From: Acidimicrobiia bacterium
GTDB taxonomy: Bacteria; Actinomycetota; Acidimicrobiia; Spongiisociales; ZC4RG35
Length of the DNA stretch: 64,000 nucleotides
Direction: 5' to 3'
Assembly (NCBI GenBank): GCA_048595045.1
Contig: JBMDXS010000120.1
Location: 3,736 to 67,735 of the forward strand
A model generated the notes under the pieces. It did not search any database, was not told the DNA's origin, and saw only the letters and a list, made by a program, of their open reading frames with translations. This document shows, piece after piece, positions 36,564-43,711 of this stretch. The position numbers and the translations under genes were made by a program. Every line of letters begins with the position of its first letter. Position 1 is the stretch's first letter.

Positions 36564-36587
36564 GGGTTACCCCTTCCGGGTTACCCC
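36564..36587 (+). repeat. direct repeat GGGTTACCCC-TTCC-GGGTTACCCC in a divergent promoter region
   Basis: Copies at 36564..36573 and 36578..36587, followed by ACGTAC. Lies between the FAD oxidase gene (minus strand) and the ECF sigma gene (plus strand). Confidence 0.6.
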
Positions 36588-36699
36588 ACGTACATAGACC
36601 GCAATCACAACCAGAATTGATCGATGCTGCTCTCGAGTCATCGGGCAGGGGGCTCATTCCCCCTCCGACTGGAGACGTAGAACGAGCGATCGGAGCGGG

Positions 36700-37695
36700 A
36701 TGGCCGAATCCATCACAACCGGGCCCGGGCGACAGGCCCCTTCCTTCGAGGACCTGGAGCCATACCGTTCGGAGCTGACCGGGTATGCATACCGGCTCCT
36801 GGGCTCGCCATTCGAGGCCGAAGATGCGGTTCAGGAGAGCATGGTGCGGGCATGGAGGGCGCTGGATCGGTTCGAGGGCCGCTCCGCCCTGCGAACCTGG
36901 CTCTACCGGATCACGACCAACGTCTGCTTCGACATGCTGAAGGGACGGGAACGCCGGGCCAGGCCGATGGACCTGGGGCCTGCGTCGAGTGCGGACACGA
37001 TGCTGCCGGCTCCACTCCCTGAGATCACCTGGCTGGAGCCGGCGCCCGACGGCATCCTCCTGCCTGCCGGGCCCGATCCGGCCGACGTCGTCGTGTCCCG
37101 TGACTCGGTGAGGCTCGCATTCGTGGCCGCCCTCCAACACCTGCCATCGCGGCAACGCGCGGTCCTGGTCCTGCGTGACGTGCTGAGATGGCAGGCCGAC
37201 GAGGTGGCCGAGTTGCTCGAGACCACCGTGGCTTCGGTAAACAGCGCTTTGCAGAGGGCCAGGGCGACCCTGGCCGAGCAGAGCCCTGGAGAATCCGACC
37301 CCCTTGACCCACTCGACGATGACCAGAGGGCCTTCCTCTACCGATACGTCGACGCCTTCGAGCGCTACGACCTGGACTCTCTGGTCGAGCTGCTCCGCGA
37401 AGACGTGGTCCAGTCGATGCCGCCCTACGGGATGTGGCTCCGCGGCCCGGAGCAAGTGCGGGGGTTCTTCCTCGGCACCGGGATCGGGTGCCGCGGCTCG
37501 GTGGTGGTACCGGCGGGCCCGGCCAACGGTCTGCCCGCCTTCGGCCAGTACAAACCCGCCCCGGGAGGTGGCCATGCCCCCTGGGCGCTCCAGGTGTTGG
37601 AGATGTCAGGTGGTTCGATCACAGGGCTCAACTTCTTCCTCGACACCGACCGGCTCTTCCCCCTGTTCGGGCTGCCGCTCAGTTACGAGGAATGA
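36700..37695 (+). CDS. ECF sigma factor with a C-terminal NTF2/SnoaL-like extension (SigG/TIGR02960-like)
   Basis: 331-aa ORF. Region 2 is EDAVQESMVRAWRALDRF...WLYRITTNVCFDML. Region 4 is RQRAVLVLRDVLRWQADEVAELLETTVASVNSALQRAR. A 140-aa C-terminal domain ends in FFLDTDRLFPLFGLP. Confidence 0.85.
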   Translation: MAESITTGPGRQAPSFEDLEPYRSELTGYAYRLLGSPFEAEDAVQESMVRAWRALDRFEGRSALRTWLYRITTNVCFDMLKGRERRARPMDLGPASSADTMLPAPLPEITWLEPAPDGILLPAGPDPADVVVSRDSVRLAFVAALQHLPSRQRAVLVLRDVLRWQADEVAELLETTVASVNSALQRARATLAEQSPGESDPLDPLDDDQRAFLYRYVDAFERYDLDSLVELLREDVVQSMPPYGMWLRGPEQVRGFFLGTGIGCRGSVVVPAGPANGLPAFGQYKPAPGGGHAPWALQVLEMSGGSITGLNFFLDTDRLFPLFGLPLSYEE

Positions 37696-37890
37696 GCTGT
37701 CGCCCAGCCCGCACAGGGTGAGCAACTCCTCGAGCTCGGGTGTGGCATCTCTGAGACGAAGCAAATATCCCATGTGAAACACCGACATGCGGAGACGGGA
37801 CACGGCATCGACGGTCCCGAGATCGGGCGAGGAGACCGCGCCCATGTCGCAGGTGACGAATGCACGACTGGAAGGGTCATCTGCAGGCAA
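37606..37890 (-). CDS. STAS-like (anti-sigma-antagonist-like) small protein, possibly N-terminally truncated
   Basis: Part of track ORF 37606..38010. VTCDMGAVSSPDLGTVDAVSRLRM...LLRLRDATPELEELLTLCGL and the acidic tail RQPEQGEEPVGVEEEVEP resemble an actinobacterial STAS-like family that I recall from memory. The start is uncertain (TTG 37890 or ATG 37845). Confidence 0.4.
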   Translation of the reverse strand: MPADDPSSRAFVTCDMGAVSSPDLGTVDAVSRLRMSVFHMGYLLRLRDATPELEELLTLCGLGDSSFLVTERQPEQGEEPVGVEEEVEPCDRTT

Positions 37891-37951
37891 CGTGGTTAGA
37901 GACTCCCGACGAGGGGGAAACTCATCGAAACCGCCCCAGAGGAGGCAGTCA

Positions 37952-38323
37952 ATGTTCACCGATACCAGGGCTTTCAGCGGGTTCTCGGTCGACGACATCC
38001 AACGAGCCAAGGACTTCTATGGCGGGATCCTCGGCCTCGAAGTGACCGAAGAGAACGGGATGCTCGCCCTGCGGATACCCGATGGTGGGCACATCATGAT
38101 CTACCCCAAGGACGATCATGAGCCGGCCACCTTCACCATCCTGAACTTCCCGGTGGAGGACATCGACCTCGCGGCCGACGAACTGGCCGAGCGTGGTGTG
38201 AGCCTGATCAGGTACGAGCAGTTCGACCAAGATGAGAAGGGGATCTGGCGCGGTGAGGGTGGCCCGCCCATCGCCTGGTTCGAGGATCCCGCCGGCAACA
38301 TCCTGTCGATCCTCGAGGACTGA
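37952..38323 (+). CDS. VOC / glyoxalase-family protein
   Basis: Track ORF 37787..38323 trimmed to ATG 37952, which follows GGAGG. FSVDDIQRAKDFYGGILGLEV ... WFEDPAGNILSI. Confidence 0.8.
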   Translation: MFTDTRAFSGFSVDDIQRAKDFYGGILGLEVTEENGMLALRIPDGGHIMIYPKDDHEPATFTILNFPVEDIDLAADELAERGVSLIRYEQFDQDEKGIWRGEGGPPIAWFEDPAGNILSILED

Positions 38324-38326
38324 CTC

Positions 38327-39679
38327 TCAGAGTTGTCCCGAGCTGACAGGCCCGGAGATGGAGGACAGGTACCCCGGGTCGTCATATCGGGCGAGAAGGA
38401 ATGCCTCGGCGTAATCCGGTAGCTCGGCGCCCACCACGTGCCGGGCCAGCAAGTCGGCCGCTCCGGCTGCCACCATCACCCCGAACCCGGAGAATCCGAC
38501 CAAGAGATGAAAGCCGCTTGGGCCCGCGGGCCCGATGAGGGGGCGATTCTCCCGGGTCTTGGTGTAGTAGCCCCCGTCCACTGTCGTTTGAGGGAGACGT
38601 TCCCGATAGGCGGACAGACCCGGGACCATCGTGCTCAGCCCTCGCAACACCACCTCGGGGTAGAGGGGGTCTGCCGGCAGGGGCCAGACCGGTTCGTCGA
38701 CTATGCCGTGGTACTCCCACAACCCGAGCAGGTAGGGGGAGTCACTTCCGCCTTCGGGTCGGCCGTGACAGAACACGGGGAGCTCTCGGAGCAGGTCATC
38801 ACGCCCTACCGCCGATAGGGCCTCCCGCTCTTCGTCGGTCCAGTCGAGCTGCTGCGGATCGCTCCAGATGATCATCGGGGCGTCCCGGGGGACAACACGG
38901 AGATGGTCCCTGCAAGCGACCTTGAGATGTAGCTCGGAGTAGAGAGGCAGGTCGAGACCGGCCATCGCCGCCACCGGGCCGGCCATCGGACCCGCGGCAT
39001 TCACGACGACCGGTGTCTCGATTGGCCCGTCGCCGACCAGATTCACCTGGCCGACCGCCCCACCAGCCGATTCGATGCCGGCCACCTCGTCGACGACGAG
39101 CTCCAGCCCGTGTGACCTGGCCTGGTCCAGCATCCACGCCCCGAGCTGCTGGGCGCTGAACCAACCGGCCCTGCGTACGTGCACGGCGCCCACCGCCGCA
39201 GGGGTGATATAGGGGAAATGTTCGACGACCATGTCACTCCCAACCAGGAGGTCGACCCCTTCCGGGGCACCGGCGAATCCTTCGTGGTGTGACGGCCGGT
39301 AGGGCAGCGGCCCGGGGTGGAAACGGACCGGGCCCGCCCCGAGGGTGGAGGTGTGGTGAGCGTCTTCGACCATCCGGTGAAAGCGCTCCGCGTCCGCGGT
39401 CACGAACAGGTATCCCCTTCGATTGAGGCCGAAGACGTTTCCTGACTCGGTCGCCATCTTCTCCAGGAGGTCGATCGATCTGCTCATCAGGTCGACCATC
39501 GGTCTGTTGGGCCACCAGTTCCGGTAACACTCCGTCGACTTGTCCGAGGTCAGCGTCAGCGGCGGACGTGGATCGACCACCACGACCCTCCCCACCTCGT
39601 GCCGCACCGCCAAGTCGTACGCCACGGAGACTCCGGCGATCCCCGCTCCGATGACGACTACGTCGACGGTCCGGCTCAA
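38327..39679 (-). CDS. FAD-dependent oxidoreductase (DAO family)
   Basis: 450-aa ORF. Dinucleotide fold VDVVVIGAGIAGVSVAYDL. 4-nt overlap with the transketolase stop. Confidence 0.8.
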   Translation of the reverse strand: MSRTVDVVVIGAGIAGVSVAYDLAVRHEVGRVVVVDPRPPLTLTSDKSTECYRNWWPNRPMVDLMSRSIDLLEKMATESGNVFGLNRRGYLFVTADAERFHRMVEDAHHTSTLGAGPVRFHPGPLPYRPSHHEGFAGAPEGVDLLVGSDMVVEHFPYITPAAVGAVHVRRAGWFSAQQLGAWMLDQARSHGLELVVDEVAGIESAGGAVGQVNLVGDGPIETPVVVNAAGPMAGPVAAMAGLDLPLYSELHLKVACRDHLRVVPRDAPMIIWSDPQQLDWTDEEREALSAVGRDDLLRELPVFCHGRPEGGSDSPYLLGLWEYHGIVDEPVWPLPADPLYPEVVLRGLSTMVPGLSAYRERLPQTTVDGGYYTKTRENRPLIGPAGPSGFHLLVGFSGFGVMVAAGAADLLARHVVGAELPDYAEAFLLARYDDPGYLSSISGPVSSGQL

Positions 39680-41625
39680 CTCGATATCGAGAGATGCTCC
39701 CGGACCTTTGCCGCCACGGCCGGGCCGGTATAGCCGAGCTTCTCGGCGATGACTGTGTCGGGGGCCGATTCACCGAAATGATCGATGCCCAGCATCAGCC
39801 CGTCGGTCCCGATGATGCGCTCCCACCCGAAACTGGCTGCAGCCTCCACTGCCACCCGTGGGGCCTCGCCGAGGACACTCGACCGATATTCCTCGTCCTG
39901 TTCCGCGAACAGCTCCCAGCAGGGCAGGCTGACCACGCGGGCCGCGATGTCATCGCCCTCCAGCTCGGCCGCGGCGTCCAGGGCGACATGGACCTCGGAT
40001 CCGGTGGCGATGATGGTGACATCCCCGCCGTCCCGGAGGACGTAGCCACCTCGTGCCACCCCGGCTCGATCGGTCTGGAGGATGGGCAAGTCCTGGCGGG
40101 TGAGAAGCAGCCCAACAGGGCCGTCGTGGCGGTTGAGGGCGATCTCCCAGGCGGCGACCGTCTCGTTGGCGTCGGCGGGGCGAACCATCCACAAGTTGGG
40201 CATGGCCCGCAGTGAGGCGAGGTGCTCGATCGGCTGGTGTGTGGGGCCGTCCTCACCCAGGAACACCGAGTCGTGGGTCCAAACCCAGACCGAGGGGGCG
40301 GACATCAGGGCCGACAGCCGCACGGCCGGTCGCATGTAGTCGCTGAACACGAAGAAGGTGGCCGCGTAGGGCTTGAGCCCACCGTGCACCGCCATTCCGT
40401 TGGTGATGCATCCCATGGCGTGCTCCCGCACCCCGTAGGGGATGTCCCGGGAGCTCGGGTCGGCAGCCGAGTAGCGCCGGGAGGTGTCGAGGACGGTCTT
40501 GGTGGAGGCAACCAGATCGGCCGATCCACCGAGGAAGCCGGGCACCTTCTCCGAGATCTCGGGGAACACCTTGCCCGAGGCAGACCTGGTGGCCATCGTC
40601 TCGCCGACGGTGAACTCGGGCCCATCCAACGAGACCGGGTCAAAGGAGTGGAGCTCTTCCCAGAGGGCCCGGCGCTCCTCGTCGGCGCTCTCCAGTCTCT
40701 TCTCCCACTTGGCGCGCTCCTCTCTGCCCCAAGCCATCGCCCCCTCGAAGAACTCGTACACCTCCGGATCGACTTCGAATCTTCGATCGACCGGGTAGCC
40801 CATGGCCTGCTTGGCCAGAGCTATCTCCTCTTCGCCGAGGGGTGACCCGTGGGAGGCGGCAGTGTCCTGGGCGTTGGGAGCCCCGTGGGCGATGTGGGTA
40901 TGACAGATCACCAGCGAGGGCCGGTCCTCGAGGTTGATCGCAGCCTCGAGCGCCTCGTCGATGGCGTCCAGATCGTGGCCATCGATCTCCTGGGTGTGCC
41001 ATCCCTGGGCCCGGAAGCGCTTCCCCACGTCCTCCGAGAAAGTGATATCGGTCGACCCGTCGATCGAGATGTCGTTGTCGTCGTACAGATAGATCAGCTT
41101 GCCGAGCCCGAATCGCCCGGCCAGTGAGCCCGCCTCGGCGCTGACTCCCTCCATCAAGTCGCCGTCGCTGACGAACCCGAACGTCCGGTGGTCGACAAGG
41201 TCCGCGCCGAGGCGGGCCCGAAGATGGGTCTCGGCGATGGCCATCCCCACCCCGGTGCCGAAGCCCTGGCCCAGAGGGCCCGTGGTCATCTCGATCCCAA
41301 GCTTCTGATGGATCTCCGGGTGTCCCGCAGTGGGACTACCCCACTGTCTGAAGTTCTTCAGATCTTCCATGGCCATCGGGAAGCCACAGAGATGGAGCAT
41401 CGAGTAGAGGAGCATCGACCCATGGCCGTTGGAGAGGACGAACCGATCCCGGTCGGGCCAGTCGGGGACGTCCGGATCCACCTTCAGGAAACGGCCCCAC
41501 AGCGTGACCGCTATCTCCGCCATTCCCATCGGCATCCCGGGGTGACCGCTGTTGGCCTTCTGCACCGCGTCCATGGCGAGGGCCTTGACGGTGTTGACCG
41601 CCAGCCGCTCCATTCCGTTCCTCAT
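39676..41625 (-). CDS. tkt: transketolase
   Basis: Track ORF 39676..41748 trimmed to the Met at 41625 (MRNGMERLAVNTVKALAMDAVQKANSGHPG). GHGSMLLY and GEDGPTHQPIEH. Confidence 0.95.
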   Translation of the reverse strand: MRNGMERLAVNTVKALAMDAVQKANSGHPGMPMGMAEIAVTLWGRFLKVDPDVPDWPDRDRFVLSNGHGSMLLYSMLHLCGFPMAMEDLKNFRQWGSPTAGHPEIHQKLGIEMTTGPLGQGFGTGVGMAIAETHLRARLGADLVDHRTFGFVSDGDLMEGVSAEAGSLAGRFGLGKLIYLYDDNDISIDGSTDITFSEDVGKRFRAQGWHTQEIDGHDLDAIDEALEAAINLEDRPSLVICHTHIAHGAPNAQDTAASHGSPLGEEEIALAKQAMGYPVDRRFEVDPEVYEFFEGAMAWGREERAKWEKRLESADEERRALWEELHSFDPVSLDGPEFTVGETMATRSASGKVFPEISEKVPGFLGGSADLVASTKTVLDTSRRYSAADPSSRDIPYGVREHAMGCITNGMAVHGGLKPYAATFFVFSDYMRPAVRLSALMSAPSVWVWTHDSVFLGEDGPTHQPIEHLASLRAMPNLWMVRPADANETVAAWEIALNRHDGPVGLLLTRQDLPILQTDRAGVARGGYVLRDGGDVTIIATGSEVHVALDAAAELEGDDIAARVVSLPCWELFAEQDEEYRSSVLGEAPRVAVEAAASFGWERIIGTDGLMLGIDHFGESAPDTVIAEKLGYTGPAVAAKVREHLSISS

Positions 41626-41666
41626 GGTCGGCGAGGGTACCCGGGCCAGGCCCGGGTCAACCATCC

Positions 41667-42422
41667 CTACCCAGGACGGCACTCGGGGCAGGGCTCGAAC
41701 CCTGCAGCCCGCGCTGCATCGGTGGTCTTGAAGTCCACGACGTTCCATTGCCCCGAAGCACGGATGACGTGACAGGTTGGGTGGCAGTACACACCGGTCG
41801 ACGGGTCTGCCTGGACCCGGACGTGATGCTCGGCCAACTCGACCAGATGCCCCAGATCCACACCCTCATGCCGGAGCAGGTCCCACTTGTTGTGCTTGCC
41901 GCCCAGGGAGTACTCCCCGAGGTGCCCGTCGGAGCGCACCACCCGATGACAGGGGATGATGAGCGGGATGGGATTACGGGCCATGGTCGAGCCCACGGCG
42001 CGGGCTGCGTCCGGGCGCTCGGCCTCCCGGGCCAGCCATCCATAGGGCCTGACCTCGCCCCGGGGGATGGATGCGGCGATCTGCAGCACCTTCACCTCGA
42101 ACGGGGTGCGGGACCTCAGATCGACAGGGAGACGGCCGGGCGTGCCTGCCTCCATCGCCTCCGGGATGTGCTTGGCCCACTGCCGCGGTGGCTCGGCCCG
42201 AAGCAGCGGTCGCCCGTATCGGGAGGCGAACCGGCCTTCGAAGCCCGTGGTGGCGAGATCAACCGACGAGACGCCATCCACGTTGAAGGTGATCACGACC
42301 TCGCCCACAGGGGAGGCGTAGATGTCGTAGCCGTCGGCCAGCCCGGTGCCCAGGGCCACCCCTTCGGCAATCCCGTCGGGCAGTGCGCCTGCCAACCCCG
42401 AAAGTCGTTGTTCGATGCTCAT
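41667..42422 (-). CDS. methylated-DNA--protein-cysteine methyltransferase (Ogt-type) with a C-terminal Ada-type Cys4 zinc domain
   Basis: Track ORF 41667..42716 trimmed to ATG 42422 (MSIEQRLSG...). Active site NPIPLIIPCHRVV. The C-terminal 45 aa, TGVYCHPTCHVIRASGQWNVVDFKTTDAARAAGFEPCPECRPG, match the Ada N-domain pattern (CxxxC ... AAGFxPCxxC). Confidence 0.8.
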   Translation of the reverse strand: MSIEQRLSGLAGALPDGIAEGVALGTGLADGYDIYASPVGEVVITFNVDGVSSVDLATTGFEGRFASRYGRPLLRAEPPRQWAKHIPEAMEAGTPGRLPVDLRSRTPFEVKVLQIAASIPRGEVRPYGWLAREAERPDAARAVGSTMARNPIPLIIPCHRVVRSDGHLGEYSLGGKHNKWDLLRHEGVDLGHLVELAEHHVRVQADPSTGVYCHPTCHVIRASGQWNVVDFKTTDAARAAGFEPCPECRPG

Positions 42423-42934
42423 CGTTCTTGCTCCATCACTCGTCTCAAGTGTTCCAGTCCGCGATGGATGTCTGCCTTTACCGTCCCTTCGGGTCGCCCG
42501 GTTGCTTCCGCTATCTCGCCGATGCCAAGACCCACGACGTGGCGCAGCACGACCGCGCGGCGCTGGTGGATCGTGAGGGCTGACAGACGCGCATCCCATG
42601 CTGCGGTGTCGGGGGGCTCGGGATCGTGGTCCCCATGGTCGGTCATCTCGACGAAGACCGGGCGTCGTGACCTGTTGCGCAGGTGGTTGCGGCCCAGATT
42701 GAGGGCGATGGTCCACAGCCAGGGCGAGAGCCGCAGGTCGGCGAAGCGTCCCCGGTCGAACTCACTGAGCGACCGATAGGCCCGAATGAAGGTTTCTTGG
42801 GTCAGGTCCTCGGCTTCCTGGTGATCGCCGCATAGCCGCCGCAGACCCCAGTACAGACCGGGGCCCGCCCTCTTCACCAGATCAGGGAAGGAGGCATCCA
42901 GGTCGGCGGCCAGCTCAGCGGTCAGCTCATCCAT
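42419..42934 (-). CDS. ECF-type sigma-70 family factor
   Basis: 171-aa ORF. Region 2 is EAEDLTQETFIRAYRSL...PWLWTIALNLGRNHLR. Region 4 is HQRRAVVLRHVVGLGIGEIAEATGRPEGTVKADIHRGLEHLR. ATGA overlap with the alkyltransferase gene. Confidence 0.85.
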   Translation of the reverse strand: MDELTAELAADLDASFPDLVKRAGPGLYWGLRRLCGDHQEAEDLTQETFIRAYRSLSEFDRGRFADLRLSPWLWTIALNLGRNHLRNRSRRPVFVEMTDHGDHDPEPPDTAAWDARLSALTIHQRRAVVLRHVVGLGIGEIAEATGRPEGTVKADIHRGLEHLRRVMEQER

Positions 42935-42999
42935 CTCGAGGAAGAACCCCGGAAGAGATGCACCGGTTGCACCAGAGCACCGTACTTAGATGTGCCTCT

Positions 43000-43677
43000 A
43001 TGGACCGGTCGCGGGTCGGGGCGATACTGGACGACGCGGAACGGGCCGCCTCTGCGGGCGAGCCGTTGGGCCCGACCGGGTTCTGGAAGGCTGTTGGAGT
43101 GGTGAAGGGGGACCCGGCCCTGATCGACGAGTATGCCGATCGGATCGCCCGCATCGATCGGGCAGCCTTCAAGACGTGGGCATTGCTCATCGTCCCAATC
43201 TGGCTGGGCAACGTGCTCGCCATTGGCGCGACTCTCGTCGGCCTGGCCCTGGTCGGCTGGTCGTATTACCTGGGCGAGTTCGGAGCGGCGATCGCCTTCC
43301 TCTTCGGGTTCGGGATCGTCCTGGTCACCACCCACGGATTGGCCCACCTGACTGCTGGGACTTTCATGGGGATGCGTTTCACGCACTGGTTCGTCGGCAC
43401 CCTTCTCCAGCCACAACCCGGTGTGAAGCTCGACTACGCCACCTACTTGCGGGCACCGGCATCCTCTCGAGCCTGGATGCACGCTTCCGGCGCCATCGTC
43501 ACCAAGGTGATGCCATTCGCCTTCATCGGCGCGGCCATCGCCGCCGGTGTGCCGGCCTGGGTGCCCTGGGCCCTCGTGATCATCGGCTTGGGGATGATCG
43601 CTATCGACATCCTCTGGTCTACGAAGTCCGCGGACTGGAAGAAGTTTCGCCGCGAGATGAGGTTTCTCCCCTCGTAG
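43000..43677 (+). CDS. hypothetical polytopic membrane protein
   Basis: Track ORF 42958..43677. ATG 43000 (MDRSRVGAIL) is preferred so the gene clears the divergent sigma gene. About 65 soluble aa, then 5-6 hydrophobic helices. Confidence 0.5.
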   Translation: MDRSRVGAILDDAERAASAGEPLGPTGFWKAVGVVKGDPALIDEYADRIARIDRAAFKTWALLIVPIWLGNVLAIGATLVGLALVGWSYYLGEFGAAIAFLFGFGIVLVTTHGLAHLTAGTFMGMRFTHWFVGTLLQPQPGVKLDYATYLRAPASSRAWMHASGAIVTKVMPFAFIGAAIAAGVPAWVPWALVIIGLGMIAIDILWSTKSADWKKFRREMRFLPS

Positions 43678-43711
43678 GGGGGAGTGCCGTCGTGGCGGGG
43701 AGGGGACCTGC

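Noticed and set aside
36523-37575. Upstream part of the 814-aa minus-strand ORF 35131..37575
   Set aside because: It is antisense to the ECF sigma gene. The FAD oxidase begins at ATG 36522.
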